Assembly (NCBI GenBank): GCA_012295275.1
Contig: CM022674.1
Coordinates: forward strand, 9,920,001-9,984,000
Direction of reading: 5' to 3'
DNA from: Chrysomallon squamiferum
Taxonomy: Eukaryota; Animalia; Mollusca
DNA length: 64,000 bases
Part shown: positions 10,697-26,413 of the stretch, piece after piece
Position numbering within the stretch: position 1 is the first letter of the stretch
Layout: each line of letters opens with the position of its first letter
The notes under the pieces: generated by a model
Databases searched by the model: none
What the model was told of the DNA's origin: nothing
What the model saw: the letters and a program-made list of their open reading frames with translations, nothing else
Program-made: the position numbers and the translations under genes

Positions 10697-12016
10697 AGTT
10701 GGCTCGTCCCGTCAAAGGTAATAGCGTCACGTGACAAGGTGCTAGTAATCTGAGACAGTTAAACTACTAAATGACTAGTCTGTATCCACTAGAGATTAAT
10801 AACGCAAACAAGAATTCAATGTAGGTAATTGTTTTATATTTTTATATATTTCACATAAACTAACCATCAATGGTAACATATAATTTAATCGCACCATTCG
10901 AACTATACAGTATAAAAGCAAATAGCGTTGATAGATAATACAACAATTAAGCCCAACTGGTTACTTCAACTTTCTAAGTAATCTTTTAGTTATTACAATA
11001 AGTTATCTGAGTTTTCAAGCATCAGTACGTACCACAGAAATAACACAATAAAATATCCAACAGTAACATATTTGGCTATCTTCAAACAAATCAATATGTA
11101 TGCTACATACAAAAAAAACCCCCAAAACCCCATTTAAACAATAATTACAAGAACTGCAAAAATAGGAATTTATAAATATGATTATACACGACTGCCAAAT
11201 AAATATTACCGTGTTATAAAATATACTTAATATAAAATGTAGCAGACATTCTGCTTTAAATGGGCATATAAAAATAAGTGTGTTGTGAAAATTAGATAAT
11301 TCACTACACAGAATACAAAATTATGATTAAAAACAAGTCTGGCAAAGAGGCACTAATGAGGTTCCGTCACAACTTCCTATCAACAACAAGACAGTACACA
11401 AAATGACATGCTTTATTACAACTGGCTGATATGTTAAATTAATTTTTAGGTCATTGTATTTCAAATAAGTATTATCTTTGTATTTTTATTCATGTTTTAA
11501 ATTATTGCAACCTATATTAAGCAATCTGTGTATGACTCGGTTTTGATTCATGCTGTCTGAGGGACATGTACTCAGAACAAAGGATCACTCATGGAATGTT
11601 TAAATGTTTTTTTTTGTGTAACATACGTGTTGATTGATAGAAGATAGCCAAGTATATTTCTGTTGGATTTGTATTGTGTTATGCTGTGGTACTTATTTAC
11701 GCTTGAGAACTAAGTAACAAACTATGTTAATAACTAAAAGCTTAGTTAAAAACTGGGATTAATTAGAACTGTATCTATCAACGCTATTTGCATTTTGTTT
11801 TGTATCGTCAGAATTTTATGATTAAATTATATGTTAAAACTGAGGGTTAATTTATGTGATACATAAAACAATTACTCATATTCAATTCTTGTTTGCGTTA
11901 TTATTCTCTAGTTGATACAGACTAGTCATTTAATAGTTTAAGCTGTCTCAGATCATTAACACTTTGTCATATGAAGCTGTTATAGTCTGCTACCCCTTAG
12001 ACCGGACGAGCCAACT
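10697..12016. mobile_element. Non-autonomous foldback DNA transposon with about 430-bp imperfect TIRs and TTAA TSD (Kolobok-like)
   Basis: TTAA|AGTTGGCTCGTCC ... GGACGAGCCAACT|TTAA. Arms of about 10697-11140 and 11596-12016 are reverse complements (e.g. AAATGACTAGTCTGTATC / GATACAGACTAGTCATTT and GCAAATAGCGTTGATAGATA / TATCTATCAACGCTATTTGC). No ORF. AG..CT termini plus TTAA fit Kolobok better than piggyBac. Confidence 0.85.
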
Positions 12017-13947
12017 TTAAGGTGTCTGCTACCACTCAGACCAGTCACCGTGACACTGTGTAATATCAAATTAAGTAATACGTACTACGAATGATCCCTG
12101 AAAGTATGATCTTTCAAAAACCGTGCCTGTCGTAGACGTGCTTCACAACAGCTCGCTCTGATTAGCACGTTGAATTCTTTCCACTTCAACTACGAAAGGT
12201 GAGATGTAATGGATTACAGTATATAGTTTGGCGACTGAAATACATTCTGGTAAGCGTCCAAATTTCTGTCACTGTCTTAAATGATTTTCCAAGTAGGTGC
12301 ATACTGGAATGTTTCCCTTTTAATAGTCATGAATAAAAAATACTGAAACAGCGACAAATTGCAATGGTTAATTTCTCTTTAAAATTATATTTAATGCTCA
12401 ACTCCTGAACTTGCTGAAGACCAGGAGTTTGGAAGGTAAAATTGTGAACTGATCAAAGGGGAATAACTACAGTGACAGTTTACAATAATTCAACCAAACT
12501 AAATGTTACGCGAGTTAATTTCTTCAGATTTCCATAATATATGGTTTTGTGGCTTGTTTTCGTTTTTTTAATATTCCTGTTAATGCCAATTCGATGATGC
12601 GAGGTATCTGCGGGTCTATAGAAGACATAAATAAAAGTCCGCTCATTACTCTTGGCCATAATTCATATTTCCCTTCTCTTACCTAGCACCGTCATTATAT
12701 AGCGGTTAATTGTGCTTTAGAAAAGGTTGAGGGTTCCGAAACAGAGGGAGAGTCTGTTTATTGTTAACTGTTTCTAACTAATGCGTACATTTGTGCTAAA
12801 AATAGTTAACTGTCTTCACTAACTGCATCAAGGGCTGCATCGGTATCACTGTGCAATGCACGAATCAGGGAAACCCCACAATCCGCCCTTGTTATACACA
12901 AAATTATAGAACAGACACCTAATACACGTTACTAATAAAACGAGTTGAGAAACTAAATTTAATACATTACTGATTCTTTCAAATTCCTGAAAGAGCTTTA
13001 ACTCGTTCAGATAATTTTATATGCACCTACATACGCACTAAGGAACGCACGCACACATAAAATACCTACATATACATATATTCTGACAGTTGCAGCAGCG
13101 ACTCCAGTTAACCGTACTTGAATCAGGTTCAATTACATTTCTTATTAATAGAAATAAATAACTAGAAAAATGAAGAAAAGACGACTGTGTATATTTATAA
13201 CATATTGTATAACATATATGTAATATAACACAACTAAACCTTACAAGTTATTAACATCCAGCATAATAATAATTACTGTATTATGTACATTACACTATGA
13301 CAATATCGAATTTTACGTCATCTACTACAGTGAATATTAATATTATGAAATAAAACGGTCTTAAATTAACTAATTCAATGTAATCAAGTCATCCAGTGTT
13401 TCAGACTAGATTCTCCTCTCCAGTAATAATAATAGTAATCATTATTGAAAATTTTACTAAGAGAAGTATACAAATTACAGATCTAGTGAATACATCTACA
13501 TTTAAGATATACGTATAATGACGTTCTGCTCCAAGTCGGAAGCAAGTAGGTCATGTGATATCTTAATGCTCATTTGCTTTCACAGTACAGTACAGTTGAT
13601 CATCCACAAACAACAGCTCTTTATTAGAATCAGTATGTGGAAATGTTGGTGATCGTCGTCAGTTAGAATCCAGTATAGGTCGAAAAGCAGATCTGTTCAG
13701 GAGAAAATAATAATTTAGAATTCGCGTTGCAGAAAGAAAAATATTTCAGATACAGTTATTTGATCAATTTCCTGCTTCTCCTATTTACTACTACAACTTT
13801 TATAAGAACAGTCATAATCTCCTTTTTTAGATACTCATACAAACACCGAAACGTAAAAACAAACAATTCCACAGGTTTTCTGCTACAGAATGAAGATTGT
13901 GTCGAAGGTGTGTATAATGGACATGCTAACACATACGTTAAGTAAAT

Positions 13948-15507
13948 TCACAATACGTGTTCTTCGTTTACAAAATGTAAATTGAAATCGTTTTTGTCCG
14001 AGCAGGTTTTGTGACAAATGCTGCATTCCCAGGGACTCATTTCACCGTGTAAAGACTTGTGTAGGAAGTACATTCCCCGCTCCTCGAACAGGATCTTACA
14101 GTGAGGACAGCGATACAACTTTCCCTGGGACTCATAGTACGACAATACGTCCTGGAGACTCGGCATGCCTATAATGTGACTTGTGTGTTGTGTGGCCGCG
14201 TCCTGCCCCGCTCTCGGCTTGGCCACCTGGATGCTGATCTCTGGAATCTCCTGAGCCTTCTGTAAAACACTTTGTAACCCGTAGATTACCTCAGACAGGT
14301 TGCTGGTCGAGTCAGCTGTCGTCTTCGTGGCGTTTTCCACTGAACACGGCCTTGATATCGTCGGCGACGAAACTCTTCTAGGAGATAAATTTTCGGACAG
14401 AAATGCAGATCCTGCAGAAGGACTAGTTGAAGTGTGAATATCTCTATCTCTATGAGGTGCGTCGCCGATGTTGTTGCTGCTGCAGCTGTTGTTCATGTTG
14501 TTATTACTCAAGCAGTTGTTGTTACTGTTGACCGTATTGGAGTTACTATATGGCGGTGACATCATGTTGGGGAAGACTGGCCCACCGTATGACAAAGAGT
14601 TGTTTGAGACCGCTGTGTTTTCCTCGTTATCAAACTGTTCACTGTTAACAGCAGGAGACTGAGCGAACAGGGAAGTCGACATGAGTGAGTTACCGTTCAT
14701 TGCAGCGGCACCTGAGTATGACCCTGAGAAAGAATTACGTGAGAAATTTTTAAACTGACCAGGTCGGGGATATGAACTGTGTTGTTGTTGTTGTGGTGAC
14801 ACAGGTTCCTGTTTTAGAGCCATGTGCATTTGACGTGTGAGTTCCATCTGCTGAGGTCGTGACGCCAGCTGCGAACAAATGTTATCAATCGTCTTCAGTG
14901 CTTCCGTCGTGTCCATGTTTGGCAAGACGCCCACGTTTTGTTCACCAGTTGTTGTGTTACTGCAGTCTTCAGACTGGATGCGGCGAGGATCAAACATCTG
15001 TAGTGAGTGGCTCTCTTTAACATGCTGGTTAAGACTATCCTCTCCAATAGTCTTAAAGGGACACATACTGCACGATATCATGTTTCTCACTGGATGTGAC
15101 ATCATGTGTCTGTTCAGCTGGTCGCTTCTGTCGAACCTCTTTGTGCAGAACTCACACGAGTACGGCTTGCGATGAAGCAGCCTGTGCTGAAACAGATTGG
15201 ATCTGGCCGCGAAGCGCTTGTCACACAGGTTGCAGGCGTACGGCTTGATGCCGTAATGCACATTTTGGTGTTCCATCAAGATGTTCTTGTAGCCGAATCT
15301 ACGGTGACAAATATTACACTGGTACGGCTTCCTTTTCTCATGGGTTAGCTGGATGTGACGAACAATGGCCGCCTTCGACGTAACCACTTTGTTGCAGAGT
15401 GTGCAGATGAAATTGTCTCCTTGGCGTACGTATGATGTTGGGCTGTCGGTAGGGACTTCTTCCACTGCTAGTTGCTGGTTAACAGGAGAAGTCAGCGACT
15501 GGTCCAT
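13948..15507 (-). CDS. C2H2 zinc-finger transcription factor: 5 N-terminal fingers plus an Ikaros/Hunchback-type C-terminal finger pair (519 aa, one coding exon)
   Basis: Likely start MDQSL at 15507, just after the acceptor TTTCAACAG (exon begins about 15517); the longer ORF-track N-terminus is intronic low-complexity sequence. Fingers CTLC..H..H, CNIC, CNLC, CEFC, CSMC. Q/N/S-rich linker with LKQE. C-terminal YRCPHCKILFEERGMYFLHKSLHGEMSPWECSICHKTCSDKNDFNLHFVNEEH. Confidence 0.92.
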   Translation of the reverse strand: MDQSLTSPVNQQLAVEEVPTDSPTSYVRQGDNFICTLCNKVVTSKAAIVRHIQLTHEKRKPYQCNICHRRFGYKNILMEHQNVHYGIKPYACNLCDKRFAARSNLFQHRLLHRKPYSCEFCTKRFDRSDQLNRHMMSHPVRNMISCSMCPFKTIGEDSLNQHVKESHSLQMFDPRRIQSEDCSNTTTGEQNVGVLPNMDTTEALKTIDNICSQLASRPQQMELTRQMHMALKQEPVSPQQQQHSSYPRPGQFKNFSRNSFSGSYSGAAAMNGNSLMSTSLFAQSPAVNSEQFDNEENTAVSNNSLSYGGPVFPNMMSPPYSNSNTVNSNNNCLSNNNMNNSCSSNNIGDAPHRDRDIHTSTSPSAGSAFLSENLSPRRVSSPTISRPCSVENATKTTADSTSNLSEVIYGLQSVLQKAQEIPEISIQVAKPRAGQDAATQHTSHIIGMPSLQDVLSYYESQGKLYRCPHCKILFEERGMYFLHKSLHGEMSPWECSICHKTCSDKNDFNLHFVNEEHVL

Positions 15508-16784
15508 ATCTACAGAACTGTTGAAATAATAATAATAAAAGAAAGAGAAAGAGATTTTATTTTTATCATCAGTTATTATTATTATTGTTATTGTTACTGT
15601 TATTATTTTTATTTCTAATAATATCAATATCAATAATAATAGTTGTTGTTGCTGTTGGTGTTGTTAGTATCGATATTCTAGTAATAACTGGAGTTACAAG
15701 TCACAAATCTTTTTTAAATGAATATATAAGTAATAACCAAAACGAAAAAGGTGCTTGTGTTAAGAACAAATACATTTAAAACATGTCTGGCTAAAATAAC
15801 ATATTACTGAATAACACAAATAAAATATATAAAACACATGGGGCATTAAAAAAACAACAACAAACAAAAAGCATCATTACTCCAGCTGAACTTCATGCAT
15901 AATTCTATCTTTCTTTCCAGTACACTTATATTCAGTCACTGATCATTCTAGCTCTCTCTCTCACATTCACATTCATTAAACACCCAAAGGCAGACACTTA
16001 TTGACAAATTTCTAACTATAGTAATTAAAAAGCCATTCTGCGTAGCGTTTTAAGTTGTTTCAAGATGGAGAAAGAAAGGCTGAACCAATCTACTAACAAA
16101 TTTGCTAATATAATGACAAAAAGAACAACAGTAATGAATAAAATAAATAAATAAACAAAAGCGTTAAATTTACGTCGAATAAATAATAAAACTAGCACAC
16201 ACAAACATACAGACACGCCCTACAGCGCCGCAAGTTGCACACTGCTGACCTGGGCAAAACCGTCAAAAGAACTTAGACATTAAAATATCTCCCGGTCATA
16301 AAGTACGCAATAAACACTACATAACACACATTATAGCAACCGATCCTAGAAATAACACAACAATACAAATATCTCAAACAGTTGTGAAAGCTATTTGAAC
16401 AATACATCAACTACACTTTGTTTTTATTCGTGTTATTTATTATTATTACTATTGTCTTAATGAAAACAAGTGTCGTTTTTATGAATACTTTGCTGATGAC
16501 ACACTTCTAAGTAGATACTACCACAGCCACGATGTGTATATCTGAAAATCACAGATACTACGACATCTAAACGAGATGCTAGTTTTATTTCATTTTCTCT
16601 ATACGTTCTCTTTATTGGAAATAACAATATTTAGGTTGTACTAATAGCAACAAAATTACCTTAAACTATTCCATCCCGTCCATGCTCTTCTCTAAACGAA
16701 AATCGATAACAAACAATTTGCTGCTTAAAAGATATCACAAACTTACTAAATATAATATATAAAAAACACACTCGCCTTACACAT

Positions 16785-16864
16785 ATAACCGAAATTCCTT
16801 TTATTTAATAATAACCGAAATTCCTTGTATTTAATAATAACCGAAATTCCTTGTATTTAATAAC
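16785..16864. repeat. Three tandem copies of a 26-bp unit
   Basis: ATAACCGAAATTCCTT(T/G)TATTTAATA x3. Confidence 0.9.
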
Positions 16865-18039
16865 CTGAACATATTAACAAATTCCGCGCAGTGCAGCTGA
16901 AAGGGAAAACTCATTATTAGTTATTACTACTCCACAATATTAAAAATACGATAAATAATAGTAATAAAACCGATGTTGCTAGGTAACAGCGTAAACGTTA
17001 CAGACGTCACATTATAATGATTTGCCTTTCACCGAGATGTAGAAATACGCTGTGCTTATTATCTTGTAGCTTACCCTCAAAAATAACGAAATAAGAACAT
17101 GCCTTTTTCATAGTTTGTAATTTACTTTAATTTTCTCTTTTATAGCAAGCATATTTTATTAATTTGTTTGAAAATAGCTAATGACCAGTGCTATTTTGAT
17201 TAACTTACACTCTCGATATAATTATACATGTCGACTAGAAAATGAATAACAACAATTATTACAGACAAAAACCCAGCACAGCAAGCATGTGTGCGTATGT
17301 ATATATATAAAGAAAATGATAATAAAAATAACTATGACAAAAAAAGCTCATGATGAAGCTGTTGCTATAATACATTAAGATAAGAAGTGGTTTAAGAGAG
17401 AGGCTGATAAACTTTCGAAACATTAAAAATGGTACGAGCAGTACTTCTTGTTTAGCATCAGCTATAATTAATTTTGATTTACTTAAGATTTACAAAGTAT
17501 TCACTTTTAATATGTTCGTATTTAAAGGACATTACAATTAAAATGTAATTTAACTTTAAAAAAAATTAAATAAAATAACTAAATAAATATAAATTAAAAA
17601 AAAAAGAAGCAAACAAAAAAAATCTTCGCTTAGTTTTGTTATAATCTTCCCGATTGCATTAATAAAGGCCGATTTGCCAGATCTGAATTTACATGTAGAA
17701 ATTTTGCAAATAAATACCTTCATGACACTTGATGTGTGTCATCTTAAAAACAGTTTAAATATAAACAAACATTTCAATATCATCTGAACATTTTTGTTAA
17801 CGCGTGTCTGTGCGTGTGGATATGAATGTGCTTTAGTGTCCGTTTAAAAAAAGTGTTAGTAATTAATGGAAAATATTAACTGATCTACTTGTTTAAAATA
17901 GTCTCCGCTTAATGTTTAAATAAATATATATCTTCCTATTCCATGAATGTGGAGATTACAAATATCTGAGAAAATTACCTTATATATTTGTCTAGAAACA
18001 CTTTTCTATTTAAAAGTCAAAATTAAATCTGTACCTCAC

Positions 18040-18272
18040 AGATGGCCTGGTCTAAAGCGTCATGCGATCACTCCTCCTATATGCTCAAACAGAACTATTT
18101 CCCGCTAATACCAGAGTTCCAAGATTGGTTTATGGGATAAGAAAGAACTTAGAAAAGACGTTCAATTTGAAAATAGATAAGTTCCAAAGTGAGGCGGCAG
18201 CTGCTTCCTGTCTGTCTGGTCCGTAACCCGAGTATAACATAGTAAATTAAAAATATTTTGTTATTAAAACCA
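18040..18272 (+). mobile_element. Possible decayed SINE
   Basis: GC-richer island with an A-box-like TGGCCTGGTCTAAAGCG start and a 3' GAGGCGGCAGCTGCTTCCTGTCTGTCTGGTCCGTAACC...ATTAAAACC end, reminiscent from memory of gastropod tRNA-derived SINEs. Not verified. Confidence 0.3.
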
Positions 18273-19204
18273 TTTTTTTATTCTGTTCTGCCGAGTTAAG
18301 TCACATTTAGAAAAGATTATTAAAGAAATCAAAAGGTTATCAAAGTGTGTCGACTAAATGATTTAAAGACAGTTCAAAAGAAAACAGTTTAGTCCTTGTA
18401 GAATTTGCCAAAAATTTAATACAGTTTTGAAAAGTAGTTAAATTAATTTAATAAAAACTGTCTACGTTGTTTTACACTAGTTAACAATCTGTATCGGAAT
18501 GTTAATCTTATATTAGTATCTATATCCCATAAACAGATTTCTTTTATATGCTTAATAATAAAATTCAACTTTCTTCTTGTCTTTATCGACAAAAAAAATG
18601 TAATTATTATTAATAACAACAATAACCCAGACAAGGACAAATTTACTGAATGTTTAACTGTCTTCATAAAAGTTTAAAATATTTGTTATAAGCATCGTAT
18701 TTGGCCTGGATAATAACATGGATTTATAAAATACTCGCGAATTCGATAATATCGCTTTTATTTATTTTATTATTATCATCATTATTATTAGCATTATTAT
18801 AATTTTTCACATTATAGAATAATTAAAAAAAGGATATATTTTATAAAAAAAAAAAAAAAATGTTTGTTCTTGAATAATAATATCAAATACTTATCGTTTA
18901 GTGATATCGTGTCTGTGTGTGTGTGAATCAGTTTATCACAGTATAATATTATTTATAAAATATTTATTATAGATGCAATATTCAGTCATTTGCTTTTGGG
19001 AGGGGCTTATATTTGATATCTTTCAACATCTGGTTAACTACCTGTAATATTCCATGATTTGTTATTAAGTACACCTGGAGCTGCAGCTATTAATAAAAAG
19101 TGGGATCCTGATCTTCAATAATAAATATATTTATGAATAATAAATTACACATTACTACTCCACGCCGCATTCTAAACAGATTTAATACAATTATTATAAT
19201 TATA

Positions 19205-19267
<63 letters not shown>

Positions 19268-20100
19268 ACTGATCGTTCTTTATTTCATTTTTTCATTAAA
19301 AAATATTTAATTTTAATATTTAATTTCATTCTGTTAAACAGAACAGTGTCCTATGGCCAACTAAATGATGTAACTGAAATAACACAATAATTGTTATTAA
19401 TATATAGGCCGCACCTGGTTTGGCCCTTCCTAAACTGCTTGTTTATGACGCTAACCTGTATATATATGTTATGTATATATATATATATATGTATGTATGT
19501 ATGTGGGGGGAGAAACAATTTTTTTTTTACCACTAATAAAGAATTTGATCATTCAAATATTTCATCCTTGAAATTATACAATAATGCTAAATTTATGACA
19601 GAGCATTTAGCGGTAACACAGAAAGTAAGTAACATACACATATTTGTAGATAATTCGAATACTTGCAGCGCGCGAGTGTAGGCAATAAATACTTTAGCCA
19701 TAGAAGTCAATTGCTTCTAATTTGTTACTAACGTCTTAGCTTATCGTATAAAGCGGACATAGCCAAATTGAATTACTCTCACCTTGGCGAAGACATGTGT
19801 GCGGCCAGATTTCCAAAACTGTGTTAATAAGTCAGCCAAATTCGAGAGACCAAGTTAATCAACACCCATTAAAACCTCAACATCGATCTATAACAAAGCC
19901 AAGGGAGATAACTATAGTTGCTAGCCAAAAGTATACCAAAGATATGTAATAATGATAATAATAATCATAATAATAACAATATTAATAATCATAATCATAA
20001 TCATAACGATAAATAAATAAATATTCAGTATATTTTTAATTACATATGTATGTATGTATAACTGGGATTTTTTTTTTTTTTTTTTTTGGCTCTTTTTCTT

Positions 20101-20141
<41 letters not shown>

Positions 20142-20911
20142 CATTTTTGGGGGGGTTGAAGTTTCTTATTATTATTCTTTGTCTGCATTTTATTTATTTA
20201 TTTTATTTTATTATTTTTTCTTAATGTTTTTTTTTTTTATTTTTTTTTTCAGGTCTTCCGGTTGCTGAGAATTTTCTTGATTCTGGTTTCCAGTTCTGTG
20301 AAGGTTCAACAGAAAATCTAAATTTCTTCCAGCTTCGTTTTGATTATTTTGAAATGTCGTGAAATGAAAAGATCCTTTTCTTTTTAGAGTGTGATAACTG
20401 CTCATTTCCATTAGCGGAGTCCAGAATGCTTTAAAATCATAGATTAGACACTGCAGAAATTATTTATCTGATTATTTCTAAAAGTGAACAAAATAATCAA
20501 GCATCTTAACAAATGTACTGGCTGAAAAAAAGCTATATGTAAAAAAAGTATTCATTCGAAGAACTTTGACGGTAAAAATGAATATTATAAATAAATTATT
20601 TAAATTCCATTTTATGCCTGTTCATAAAACTTATCTGTATTCATTTTTCAAATTTAGGAAACAAAATTAAATAAAACAAAAATTAGGATATTTTAAAAAA
20701 CTAAATAACTGATAAGTCTGAATTTTTTTCGTTAAAAGCTCTCAGTCGTATATTGATATGCAAATTTTGCAGTATTTCTTATTACTTGTCTTTTATGTCT
20801 TTCATGTCTTTCGTTTATTATTATTTTTCTTTTTGTTTGTATTTTTTCTTGTTTATAAATAGCGTTGTTTTTTTGTGTTTGTTTTTTTTTTTTTGTTGCT
20901 GTGTTGTTTTG

Positions 20912-20942
<31 letters not shown>

Positions 20943-22019
20943 ATACATATATTTACTTTATATCTTTTTGTTTGTATAGACGTATATACATTATTAAAAA
21001 TTATTTTAAGAACGGGTTTCTTCAGTACACATGTATCTGTGAGTATTGATATAACGAAAGGCTGAGTAAATAGAGCAAATTGTTGCAAAGTTTATTTTAT
21101 TACAGATAAAAACATTTTTACCTGTTGAAATGAATTTGTATAAGTTAAACATCTGTTTGAGAATGACTCAGATACACGTTTACTTATGTTGAAAATACTT
21201 TTAATAAAGAAAATATGGGCTCACCCTTCTGCTACTTTCACATATGTGTTTATTCACCTGTGTGAAGGTAGGTCCTATTTTTTCCCCTCTTACTTGTATA
21301 CATATAAAATAAAAACACTCAATCCCACACTGACACATGTACTAACATACAAACACATTTTCTGTACTGAAAAACCATAAATAATGTTTTTATATTTACC
21401 AGATAAAGATCTAAAAGCTGCTGATATTCGCAGTATTTTTCATTTTTATTACGTCGTAGACTGAGAAGACAAAACTGTAAGATTTGTCAAGCTGAAACCG
21501 TCGAATCAAACACCAACCTCAGTCGTAAGTTATCGTTTCGTTGTGGATTATTTCTGTTTTTGCCATCTCAGTGAGGAGGGTGTAATTTTCAAAATGATAT
21601 GAAAAACAAATAACGGGTAAAATTAATGGGATTTCGGTGGATCGAGTTTTCTCTGGCTCTGTTCCATTCTACCATTCTCCATGGATTGCTTTTCTGATAT
21701 CTTTCTTAAACATTAACTAATCTGTAAATCTAACTAGAATCGCTGGTATGTCAGACTGTAGCAACGTCGACAACTATATATCGTCTGTAGTTCAGAAGTG
21801 AAAATGTGCAGTGTAGGGTGGGAAATCATCGCTTCTATGTGTAAATCCCGTTACTTGTTTACTGCGTTATGTTAAAATACTAAACTGTATCTGTATGAAA
21901 AACATATTTAGATAAATTAATATTCATGATTTAAAATGATAGCTATTTATATAGAAAAATAATGTAATATCGTGGACTTTACTATTACCCATAGTTTTGT
22001 ATTCAAACTCTAAGGAGAC

Positions 22020-22560
22020 AGCAAAAATATTTTAATAATCCAGGTTTCTGAATTGGAATAAAAAACAACAGAGATACTTAAAATACATAGTAGTCAAGAT
22101 TTCTTTATTTTAAATGTTAGACAAACAGTAAAAATATTTTAATAATCGACGTCTTTTGTGTTGGAAACAACTAAGATACAGTTAAATAAAGTTAAATTGA
22201 TTAAATACTCTAAGTATATGTGCTGGAAACATCTACAGTAATCCAGAGATAAAGTAAACAATCCAAGTTTCTCTATTCTAAACAAAAGAGAGGCAGTTAA
22301 AAAGGTTTAGTAATCCAGGGTTCTGTAAACAACTGAGAGACAGCTAAAATGTTTAATGCAGATTTGGTATTGTAAACTAGAGAGAAACAATTAAATTTAT
22401 TAATAATTCAGTTGTTGTGTTTTTAACAGTAGGGCCAGAGTGGAGAAAAAAAATCTCTTTCAGTAATCCAGCTTTCTTGTTTTGTAATTTTAGAGATATA
22501 ATTAAAATGTTTGAATAATCTACGTTTCTATACTGAAAACAGGTTTTTCTATTGAAAACG
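22020..22560. repeat. Degenerate minisatellite upstream of the peptide gene
   Basis: Recurrent motif about TAATAATCCAGGTTTCTG...AAACAA..AGAGA.AGTTAAAAT. Confidence 0.6.
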
Positions 22561-22590
22561 TTTAATTATATTTGTTTTCTTATTCTTTAG

Positions 22591-25655
<3,065 letters not shown>

Positions 25656-26181
25656 AATGTTAATATCATATTTTGTTTAATGATTAGAAAATTCACAAAT
25701 GAAGAACGTCACGAAATATCACAGTGTTTGCAACTACACCAACGTCTTACTCTCATCTCAACGAGCATTTAAGGCTTGAAAAAGTGTGACGTTTCTGTTC
25801 TTGACGTGCCACGACTGTGGAAATAAATATCTCACTCTTGATAATAAATTTATTGATTTAAAAGTATATGTTTGTAATTTGTGAATATAAATCTTTCCGA
25901 ATAATCGTATTAAACGATAAGGTTAAAGATAAGGACAATATAATTTTATTTTTCTTTGTTCGTGCTTAGTGCAGAGTGTGACGGGTCCTGTAACTGATCC
26001 TGTTCAGTGGGTCACTTATATCCCAGAAAAACGTAAAACACGTGCTATGGTCTTCCCTGTCTTTGGCCAATGCAAATGAAATCATGTAAACCTTTATACA
26101 CCAGTTTTTCAGAACTGAGCTGTTTACATATAGAACTGGTATAATTTTGTAACCTGTTTTGTGGCATTCAGTTAGAAACAG

Positions 26182-26227
<46 letters not shown>

Positions 26228-26244
26228 TAATAATAATAATTAAA

Positions 26245-26276
<32 letters not shown>

Positions 26277-26376
26277 TATTTCTCTTTCTTTGAAACAAAA
26301 CTATAAAAATAACAGTATTATAATATTTTATTAATAAAATTATAAAAACAAATTAGTTTTGTTCAGTATACTTTTT

Positions 26377-26413
<37 letters not shown>

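Noticed and set aside
14468-15348. Plus-strand ORFs overlapping the zinc-finger gene
   Set aside because: Antisense shadows of the real CDS.
13948-15507. Naming the zinc-finger gene hunchback or IKZF
   Set aside because: Only the C-terminal finger pair matches; the DNA-binding fingers do not support orthology, so no symbol is given.
15508-15633. N-terminal extension of the 561-aa ORF (MILILLEIKII...)
   Set aside because: Low-complexity intronic sequence upstream of a clear splice acceptor; non-ATG start.
19133-21088. Several 60-118 aa ORFs rich in I/F/K
   Set aside because: Translations of (ATT)n, poly-T and poly-A tracts.
25955-26095. Possible SINE core remnant
   Set aside because: Resemblance to mollusc SINE central domains is too weak to support without an alignment.
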